Assembly (NCBI RefSeq): GCF_038025025.1
Contig: NW_027117351.1
Location: 682,001 to 746,000, forward strand
Direction: 5' to 3'
Source of the DNA: Phyllosticta citribraziliensis
Lineage: Eukaryota
Length of the DNA: 64,000 nucleotides
Positions 52,410 to 64,000 of this stretch are shown piece by piece (the stretch's first letter is position 1; every line of letters starts with the position of its first letter). Below the pieces are notes generated by a model that did not search any database, was not told the origin of the DNA, and was given only the letters and a program-made list of their open reading frames with translations. Position numbers and translations under genes: made by a program.

Positions 52410-55400
52410 TCCCAATCTGGCTTGAACTGCGAATCCTTCCCGACCATGCGACGATGACTGTGACGTTTCTTCTTAGCCGCAGCATCTCGTTTCATCTGTC
52501 TGTCTGTCGAGTAAGTTGCATTTCTCGGCTGAAACATCCACCTCCACCCTCCTTTTGTTGGTCTCGTTTACTCATCGTCTACCATCTCTCATCATGATCT
52601 CAAATTCAACATTTCCATCTTGCGAGGCGTCTGGCGTTAGGGAGCAAAGCAACTGCATTGCAATCGACGTGTTCTATCAAGTCTATTTTCTGTGAGCTTT
52701 GTAACGAATCAAGAGAATGTACGCTAGGCGGCGTCTCGGGGGGGATGATGGGGCAGCATAGAGCAACTCGTGTTACTGCAAACCGCAAGGCGTAGGTAGA
52801 ACCAAGAAAAGAAAAAAATCGAACAAAATCCTTCACGCGTCCTGGACCCCTTCTAGAGTTGCCCGTGACGTACCATCCATACGGAAACACGCCACCGCCT
52901 CACCACGCTCAATAGGCGGATGGCTGCGACCCGCACTCTCTCCCCTCTCCAACACTTTCGGATTTAGCCTCGCGAAATGCCACTCTTTCGCCAACGTGCA
53001 TGGTGATCCGGTCCGTCGGTCCCTATCTGCCTGAATAAGCGGTTCTTCGGCTCCCTTCTGACGCGTTCTTTTGGGCTCCTCCTGCTTTTCCTTATCCGCA
53101 TGCTTCTCGCGACACGATGTGACGCACGCAGAGCACCGGAAATACTGTGCGCATATCTCGCCCCTTTCAGCCTGTTCGCCATGTGATGCGTTGTGTTTCA
53201 CAAGGCACGAGCGAGTGATGACGAGTGTGAAATGACAGCTTCCGGTGCGCATGAATGCTCCGTGACTGCAGCTGTGATGGCGGATGACTGCTCCCTGGGC
53301 AGTGGGATGCTTCCACCATTTTCCGACTTTCAGCCATCCTATTAGTGATCTACTTTCCAGTCACATAATCCTTCGTCATACTTTCTACCATAGTGCCTAG
53401 CACCCACTGTCCCTCCTCTATACTTTCCGTGACCTCTGCCTTTACTCCCATCCTCCTCTCCATCTCTATATTTCTCATTGTTTTTCTCTGTGTCATTTAA
53501 ATCTTCGGTCTCTCGTGTATTCAAGACTACGAGTATCTCAGGGTGAAAATTAGAAAAAAGACGAAGTTCAATCCTTGAAGAAGTAATACACGCAGCGGGA
53601 ATACGTTGGCTTTCTGCGCCATGTTCCGCGGGATAATGTTTTCATCGGCTTGTCACGAAAGTTCTACAATCGTATGCGTGGTGGTCGTCTCTTCTTCGAA
53701 GCTGTAATGCGCATTGTGAATCTCTCACTCGTAGGTGTGTTACCCCTGAGGCACCTAGGACGCATCTCTTACGCTTCTAAGTCTAGAAGGCGGTTCTACA
53801 TTATTGATGTCATATTGAGTGGAATACTATAATGCAGGAAAGGGTGGGTTTTTTTCTTTCCTGCAAGACTTGGGTTCTGAGGTCTGGATTCTCTGCTGCC
53901 TTCTCCCCGAAAATTCTGCGTAAGAAATTGGAGCGTTTGCTTGGATGGAGTAAACCAGCACAAAAAAAGACTAATCAAACTTGCAATGTTGAGATGAACA
54001 GTGGTGTTGAAAACCATCAAGCTTACCAGTGGAAGACGCCAGACATTCTGGCGCCGCCCAAAATTGATTATGATTCGAAGCGAAAGGTCAAACACAAAAT
54101 GGCCGCAGCGTTAAAGAACCCCAAGTCGAAAGTACATGAGTTTGTATCCCGAGGCAAATTGAGAATCCAATAGCTCACTCATCTCTGGGTCGAAAGAAGA
54201 CACTGACTCTTTGCGCCCCCTAGATGTCCCGTCCAAACACCCCTTATTGCCTGACTGCCTTACAAGTCCACTCACCCAATCACAAGCATTCCAAAATCCA
54301 TCCAGCATTTCAACGCCGGCAACCCCAAACCAACCCGGCTCGTCTCCGCCCCAAGAAGAGTCCATGACGCCTCCACGCACAGCTCGCGATCGCCACCCCT
54401 CCGCTTCTCTCAACCCACCAGGTCATCCTATCCACTTCCCATCCAACAGCGACCACACCACAGCGACGCCCACCATCCCCAATCCCCGCTGCCGTATCGC
54501 ATCCCCCGATTTCTAAAATCGCGCGTCTGATTGGTCGCGGTCTGCTTCCCCGGGTTGCCGTACCTGCCGTGCCGTGCCGTCCCCAACTGACTGGCTGCCT
54601 GTCAGTGCGGCGGCATCTTGAATCTTTGACTTTGCGCGCCGAGGTCGTGATTGGCTTCCCGCTTTGTGGGCGGGTGTCCCGCTGGCCTGGACCTTGTTCT
54701 GCTTGGGTCTGCTCGGTTTTTTGCGCGCAAGGGGTTGTGCGCGGGCATTGAGATGGTGCGTGGCAAGCGCGAATGGAGAGTGTTGATTGCTTCTATGTGT
54801 AAGCTGACAGTGAGATACAGGTTTCACTTTGAAGGCGTCTATTGAAATTGTAAGTGCAGTCATAATTAGAAGCAATGTGCAAAGTGAATGAGGAGGGCAA
54901 CAAGCTCCATGGAACCAGGAAACAAGGGGGAGACGGCTCGAACAATGAGAACGACTGCAAGCAATCGCAATGTTAAAAGCAAGAGTGGTGTGATCATCAA
55001 CGTGGGCAGACAAGCGGGTGAGGCGTTTGAGTTTGTCGACTTTCCTTTTGCCCGCTCTTTTGGGTACGGCCCTACAGTTGAGCAACTGCGCATTTGTAAA
55101 GCACTTGGTGCGATTGGAAGAGATTTGAGTTTCAAGTGGAGAGGCAAAGCTGAGGTTGATTTGTTTATCACTGCGCTGGCTTGCGCCGGTTGTGAGACTC
55201 GGTACGTAATTCATGGCTTGGACGTTGACAGATGACGGAAAGATTTTTGGGTCAGCACTTGAGGCCGTTGATCATTCTTTGCGAGAAGTCTCAGCATGGC
55301 TCCGCGGAGATTTGCATGATCGCAGAGCACGAAATAATGGACGCTTTTCGATTGGAAATCTGCTCAGGGGTGAGCCGTCATGTGCGATCGGGCTGAACAG

Positions 55401-57074
55401 TCTGGTCAACGTAGTCAGCCATCCCTCCCAAACCATCCACACACGCGCTCCAGAGGAAGTGCCATCGTTCTCTTCATTGTTCAATCATATCGCACCTATT
55501 ACCAACGCAGTCGACACCACAAAGTCAAATCGACTGGTCTTGCAGTCCAATAAGCATCATCAAGCAGTCGACTCACCTGGCCCTCGCTCTTCCCCGCTCC
55601 CCGAAGACACCACCATGGAGCGAAAGGCATGGTATCATGTCAGCTTACCCTCTGTCTGCCCTTCATGTGCGTGGGCGGTGGGCGGGCAACGAATTCGACA
55701 GGGCCGAAGAGGGCGCTCACAACGCCGACGGACCCGAGACAGATGCTAGATTGATACGCGATTGATACCGTTGACCCGGAGCCAAGGCGATGGGACTGGG
55801 GGATGCGCTACATGGAAGAGGCGGACACGGTCGGACGTGGATGCGGACGCACGACATGATCTGCTGCGCCCGACAGAGCGGACGTGGATGCGACACGAGA
55901 TGGGGAGGCGGGCGCCGGTTGGTTCGGCTCTCTAGCTGACTGGCAGGGCGAGAGATAAGTCTCACAGTCGAGACTGGACGTGGGCCAGGGAAAGTTGGCG
56001 TGGGTGTGTCTCTTATCTGTGGAGGTGAGTGGTGGAGAAGGCGGCGACTGAGAGGAGAGGGATTGCCGCGCTTATTGTAGGCGACGAGATTGGTCTGTTG
56101 AATTTGCCGCGACGCATAAGCATGTATTTGAGGCTTGACTGTGTGGAGTAAGCGCCGCCGTGAGAAGTGATGGAGCTGAAAGGTCAGGTCAAGCCGCGTC
56201 GTCAGTGACAGATCAAAGCTTGCGATTTGAGGCGACTGGCGAGCTGAACAATGGCAAGAAAACCGAACAGATGCGACGAATTCCAATGAAAAGAAAGAAG
56301 AGAAAACGAAAAGGGCGCGCAGTCATCAAATCAAACGGCGCGTCAAAGAACGTGAGGACAAGCAAGTCGAAACGACGTCACTGAATCCCCAACACCACCA
56401 TCCACAACGTCACCAACACAAGATAAATCTCTTTCCCTTAAATGTCTCAGCGACGCCTCCCCGTCTTCGAGACTTCTTACATGACAGACTTACCAAACCG
56501 AAATTCTTTCGCTCATTGCTTTCCCCTCGGTGTCGCAGCCAGACCCACCCACACCAACCACGCCCCCAAATAAGCGCCAACTTGAGTACTTTATGCATAC
56601 GCGTAATCAGCTCCACATTCATCTTTTCCAAGCCTACAGCCCACTCATCGAACAATAATCCAGCAACTGTGTAGTAAGATAGAGGTGCAATTAAACACAC
56701 AACCGTCAAGTCGAGGTACCCGGCTCGATGGGCTGGAAAAAAGCAGCCCCAATTTCGAAGTGTAATAGCATGGCGTCGAGTAAAATCGTCAGAGCGTGAA
56801 CATGAAGAATCGATGGCAAATTTCTGCCATGCGTCGTCGTCTTTACACCATACTTTTTGGTCAGTGAAAACAATGGCGAAAGAAAACACGCAAACCGCAT
56901 CACTTCCAGCCCCCCTCACGACGCCTTCCCTCGCACACAAAACACCATCGCCAAACTCAACCCCACGTGCCCATCCCGCTGAGGTAATTCGTCCAGCGAT
57001 TTCGTCGCCCTCCCTGTCGCCGCACCGCGCCTCAGTGACCGCTGTGCCCCCCTGCCCAGCTTAGCCCCTGTGCA

Positions 57075-57075
<1 letters not shown>

Positions 57076-57105
<30 letters not shown>
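57076..57105. repeat. Poly(C) tract, 30 nt
   Basis: Directly visible. Confidence 0.9.
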
Positions 57106-59184
57106 AGTTTCCCACACCATCATCATCATCCTGCATACGGAGCATGCGGTCCATCTTTCCCCAGCTCGCCTAGCCTCGCTCGCCTCGGATCACCGGACGA
57201 CGGAAGAGGAGACGCTGCGGCTGCGGCTGCGCTCCAGAAAATTCCACGGCCAGCCCGATCGAACCGACACGTCACCAACCAGCAAGCGAGCGGTCCCGCT
57301 GCTTTATGCCCGTATCCCGTATGTAGGTACCGTATGTACATCCAATTGCTTCCCCTTGCTGAACCTCGTGTCTGCTGCATGCGGAGGTTGTTTGTTTCTT
57401 TGTGCTGACTACTGCCTGAGGTGAGGTACCTAGCCGGCCGGGTGGGCAGCGGGCGTCTGCAGGAGTTACGCCCCGTCTCGACATATACGTATATGTGTGT
57501 TTGCTTTATGATGTGTGTGTGTGTGTGTGTGTGTTTGTGTGCAATGCCCCCCTTGCTCGCTCGTGCGAGTGGATGGCGAGCAGCCCTGCAGAAATGGGGC
57601 AATTGGCATTAGCAAATATTTTGCTTTCTTCCCCACACACACAGTCTCAAACATACGGGCGTATATGCATGCTACATAGCTACAGGCGCCTGGTTTCTGC
57701 TTCTGCCGTTGGCTGTCGGCCAGCCAGCCATGCACTGTTTGTTTGGACTGACTGATCAATCAGGCTCTGTTCCTGCATCTTTCTCTCTCTCTTCCATTTA
57801 TCCATGAATTTCCCAAGGAACACTCAAAAGCGATCCTCCTCCAGATCATCCGCAATCTTCCTCTTCTCGTCCACCCCTGAAACAAAATTCCGCAACCTGA
57901 CCCGATGTCGGATCGGACAGACAGCCTGCTTCTAGGGCTGCCTGCTGCAGCAACCCCCCCATGCACCGCATCCCATGCATTTCACCCCATGCCCGAGGGA
58001 CCCCCTGGGCCCTGGCGGTTCCACTTCCTCTGCCCTACCACGGAATACTCCACTGTGCCTGCCCTTTCCCCCCTGGTCGTTTTCTCTTGCCACGCCATCC
58101 TTCTAACTGCTAATGGAAGGTGTCGAATAGGGCAAGTGGAGCTGCTGCTACTGCTGCTGCTTCGCATGGGTTTTGTCTGCTTCCTTGTCTTCCTGCTGGG
58201 GTCTTACTTCCAAGAGAGAAAATGGGCGTCACCGGTGTACGGAGCGGGTGCGGAGGCGGAGAAGGAGAGGGAAGGGGTCGGACTTAGGCTGGCGTCTCGG
58301 AGGTGGAGCTGAGGAGTGTTGAGTGGATGCAATTATTGACTGACTGATGAAGCTGCCACATGAGACTATTTCTCCATACCCTGAAGTCGTCCACCACCGT
58401 CCCTCTTCACAGACTGTACCATCACCGTTCCCATCACCATTTGCATTAGTCACTTTCCTCTTCTTCCCCATGCCTACCTACCTGCATGTGGATGCGCTTG
58501 TTTCACCCCCCAGCCTCCGGCATCCACATCATCGCCATCATCATTGTCATCATTGCCATCATCTTGTCGCCATCTTCCGTCGCCTCGCCTCGCCTCGCCT
58601 TGTCGACCTGGTTCTCAAAGCACTCAAACGGAGTTCCCCGCTGCGCCCACCATCTCTTCGCATCTGCTGACTTGGTGCGTCCTTTTGCGGAGGCGGCGAT
58701 GGTGGTGGAGCCACCATGCCTGTGTGGTGGCGAAGGACGTGCGTACATATTCATTTGTTTCACTGTCAGTCCAGTACAATGATGGTGCAGCTACTCCGTA
58801 AACCTGGTGTTGCCATCGTAGCCTGGCAGGGAGTGAGCAAGCAGTTCTTCGTCACACATCGTCGTTCGAGCAACAGCCAAAAATGCATAATATCAAAATG
58901 CCTCAAATTCCGTGCATTCTATCCACATTGGGTGGGTGGGTGGTGCGCACACCGCGCGCGCGAGCGGGGTGGCTGCAATAAATAATGCGACAAAGCCATG
59001 GCAGGGCCGACTGACTCCAGTCGTCGACCGCGTGCATCTGTCTCCGTCTCATCTGCTTATTTTTTTGATGACCAAGAAAAAGACCCTAGATGATTCCAAG
59101 CAAGGAAACAGGAGAAAAAATGTTAAGAAAGAAAAGGTGGTGGTGCAATACGTATCATGAGAAGTGAAGGGAAACAGGAAATAT

Positions 59185-60942
<1,758 letters not shown>

Positions 60943-61418
60943 TCAGAAAACATGCAACTATGGACAGCGGTTAGCCGGGGTAAGCCAGATAAGACAGGGG
61001 AGGTCGGGCAAGCTTTTGGGGCAGAGGTGCGTGTCTACCGGGATGGCAGAGGCGGTCTTGACCAGGAAGGATGCAAGAAGGCTGGCGAATAGCGAGGAGG
61101 ATATTTCTCAGCGCGATGGGAGGGATCTGAAGGCTGGCTTACCGTGGTGGTGACGCAATGGTAAAGCAAGACGGGAGGAGCTCTTGTGCGTGGGGGGGGG
61201 AGCTCTGGCGGGGATGAGTGAGCAGTGATGGTGACAGCGTGCAAGGTCCGTCTGGGCGGCGGCGGGGGATTTAAGTACGGAATGGCCATGGTAGAGGCCC
61301 AGGTCTTTCGTCGCAGAAATGGGTAGAGCATGGGCTGAGGGTCCGGTCGATGGTGTCTCGACAAACCAAGCGGCTCCGGTGCGTCGGCCCACACGGAGAG
61401 GCTTGGATGCTCGAGATC

Positions 61419-61435
61419 ATCAGATAATTAGATAA
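61419..61435. promoter_or_regulatory. Tandem SreA/Urbs1-type iron-responsive GATA sites
   Basis: ATCAGATAA (61419-61427) overlaps ATTAGATAA (61427-61435) about 550 bp upstream of the sidA ATG. The first matches the ATCWGATAA SreA consensus. Confidence 0.8.
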
Positions 61436-61900
61436 GATCATCGGAAGGGTGCTGCAAAGGTACAAAATTTTCTGTCGGGGCAGCGTGGATGCTGGTCGAG
61501 GGGCATCGAAATGGGCGGACGACCGAGTTGGAAGGTTACAGCCGGTTAGGAGACGCGTCCGGGCAGAGTCGACCAACCGAAGGAACGTCGGGCAGCCACT
61601 GGGACTGGGGCCTTGCCACCGGCTGGCTGGCTGGCTGGCTGGCTGTCAGCACCGGGGTCGGAAGGGACGTGAGGAGAGAGATGAGATTTTTTTTTTTCGA
61701 CTGTGGACACGATGTGTGCGAAGAGAGACGACGAGTTCCTTGAGAGAGAGACAGACAAAATCCGAGAGTCCGAGGCGTCGACCGAGACTCGAGAGTGAGG
61801 TGAGAGGGACGACGATGCCAAGCCTGATCGAGTCGGCGGAAAAGCTCGACGCGCGGGCCCGACGACGGCCGGCTAAGCGAGGGCGCTAGTCCGCAAAGAA

Positions 61901-61909
61901 TTATCTGAT
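61901..61909. promoter_or_regulatory. SreA-type GATA site (reverse orientation)
   Basis: TTATCTGAT is the reverse complement of ATCAGATAA and lies about 1 kb upstream of sidA. Confidence 0.7.
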
Positions 61910-62312
61910 CCGCTCCGACATTCGGCAGGGGCTCGTGCTCGCTTGTCTGATTTTTTTGTTTCAGGCCCGTGAGGCGCTGGGTGAGGTCCGGGTAGACACC
62001 CATGTCACTTCGGCCAAGCCAAGCCAAGCCACCCAAGCCAACTGCACTCTGACGGCTACTGCCGCTGACGACATCCATGCCCACGTCCTCCACCACCGCA
62101 CCGCCTGCCTACGACTTCTGCTTCGGTCGAGTCCACGACAAGAAAAATCTCTCGCTCGGCCGGTCTCGCTGCCATACACGAGGAAAACGTCCCATTGTCA
62201 CCCCTTCATCTGCCAACCACAAGTCCACACCGGACTCAGTTGCCTGCTTGCCTCCGTTCCGCCGCCCCTCGAGCCCCTCTCCCCCGGCTTCTCTACCCCA
62301 CGCGGCTAGTTG

Positions 62313-62340
<28 letters not shown>
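62313..62340. repeat. Poly(C) tract, 28 nt
   Basis: Directly visible. Confidence 0.9.
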
Positions 62341-62343
<3 letters not shown>

Positions 62344-62668
62344 CCTCCCCCTCACCTCTCAACCACTCACTCCATCATCTCCCTCACCACTTTTGCAATG
62401 TCATGTTGCCCGATCTCTCTCCATCTTTGATCAACAAGCCCTATTTTATGATTGTATTACAAGCTTAAGTTTAAATTCCCCATGTCCATCCCATCTCGTC
62501 AGATCCCAGAAACAAACTCTCCCAAATAAACGCCCACCATCCCACCTTCATCGCTTGACCCTGCCCATCGTCCCCCTGTCATGTCCCTGTACATCCATGC
62601 AACATGTATGTAGCCCAAGGTACTGTGCGGATATCACTTTTTTTTACCCCTTCGCTTCCACCACTCCC

Positions 62669-64000
62669 CTAGTCGAGCTGCTGCGTCTCGACCATGCTGG
62701 CGTATATGCCTCCGAGAGACACCAGCTCATCGTGCTTGCCCTGCTCCACAATCCTGCCTGCGCTGAACACGAAGATGCGATCGGCAAACTGCACGCTCGA
62801 CAGCCGGTGTGCGACCATAATCGTCGTGCGCCCCGACGACGCCGCCGCAATCGCCTGTCGCACCTCCTTCTCGCTGTTGGCGTCGAGCTGCGAAGTCGCC
62901 TCGTCCAGCAGCAAAATCTCCGGGTCACGAACCAACGCCCGAGCAATCGCCAGCCGCTGCCGCTGTCCTCCTGACAGCCGTGACCCGTTGGCTCCGCACT
63001 CGGTGTTGTAGCCCTCTGGCAGTCCCATGATGAAGTCGTGCATGGCGCACATCTTGCACACCCTCTCCACCTCTTCGCGCGTCACCTTGTGTCCAGGCCG
63101 CCCACCGAGCCCAACGTTGTACTCGATGCTGCCCGGGAACAGGTTGGGCTCCTGCTCCACCAGTCCAATCCGCGCCCGATGCGAGTGCACCGCAACGTTG
63201 CGAATGTCCTCGCCGTCCATTGACACGCTTCCAGCCACCGGGTCGAAGAAGCGCTCAATCAGCGACACCGTCGACGACTTGCCTGCACCTGACCGTCCCA
63301 CAAACGCCACAAACTCGCCGCCCTTGATCGACAGGTTGATGTCCCTGAGCGCCAGCGTGTCTGGCCGAGACGGGTACGCAAGGTCGACGTTCTTGAAATC
63401 GAGAGTGCCCGCCTTGGTCTTGCCGCCCGCCTTTTCGAGCAGAGGCAGAGACTCGGACGATGACAGCGAAAGCTTCTTGGCCTCGGGGGAGTCGAGGATG
63501 ATGGATGGCTTCTCGTCGTGGAGCTTGAAGACGTTGCGAGCCGCAGTCTTGGCCCGGCTGACTTCGGGCGCAAGACTGAACATTTGCCCGGCAGACTGTG
63601 CCGAGAAAAGGAGTCCCGGAAGCACAATGAAGAATTCCAGCTGCCCGTAGTAGCCCTCGCGGACGTTCTTGGCACCCCTGTCAGTGCCATTAGCATTTCG
63701 TCAACTAGATTGGAACTTTGCCATGGTACTTACCACCAGTATGCAAGAGCATATACAAAGTAAGTGATTGCAAGCGAAAAGGCCAACAGAATGTTGCCCG
63801 TCAACGTAAATTTCAAGCTCTGCTCGTAAGGACCCTGAATGGCAGATCGGTACTGCTTGAGAACATGACGCTCGCGTCCCAGGGCAGCCACAGTGCGGAT
63901 GGCGGAGCAAGCCTCCGACGCCAGCGCCGCAGCATCATTGTACGACGTTTCCTGGCGCTCTTGAGCCATGGAGAGGACGCGCAGGCGGAAGAAACCGGCA
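62669..64000 (-). CDS. ABCB/MDR-type ABC transporter, C-terminal part (end of TMD2 + NBD2), likely siderophore-cluster associated
   Basis: Intron 63733-63678. Walker A GRSGAGKS, Q-loop VEQEP, signature LSGGQRQR, Walker B LLLDEATS and H-loop AHR. The 5' end lies beyond the window. Confidence 0.93.

Overview
Gene-dense, intron-containing, microsatellite-rich ascomycete DNA, probably a Dothideomycete (inference from gene content and intron signals). I reconstructed 18 protein-coding loci by hand from GT..AG and branch-point signals. In order: TFIIB (5' part), ATP synthase subunit h, a DUF1765-like protein, a secreted class II-type heme peroxidase, a putative transcription factor combining a WRKY/GCM1-like zinc domain with a C-terminal Zn2Cys6 cluster, Sec61-beta, an INO80/Nhp10-N-terminal-like protein, CDC42, a large low-complexity hypothetical protein, a Prr1-like Ser/Thr kinase, CCT8, ApsA/Num1, an intact 8-exon class I terpene cyclase that the ORF track misses, CWC24, a frameshifted cyanamide-hydratase-type HD gene, a GH105 hydrolase, a DHA1 MFS transporter, and the edge of a siderophore locus (sidA with SreA-type ATCAGATAA sites, plus the 3' part of an ABCB transporter). 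I recognised no tRNA, rRNA, CRISPR array or intact transposon, and no clearly new multi-gene system. The best candidates for follow-up are the hidden terpene cyclase with a ~50-aa loop insertion, the dual zinc-domain transcription factor, the 1-nt frameshift in the HD gene, a 714-nt intron that is open in frame for 150 codons, the ApsA 23-aa repeat array, and a 6.8-kb gene-free interval with orphan splice signals. All identifications are by motif recognition; no database searches were run.
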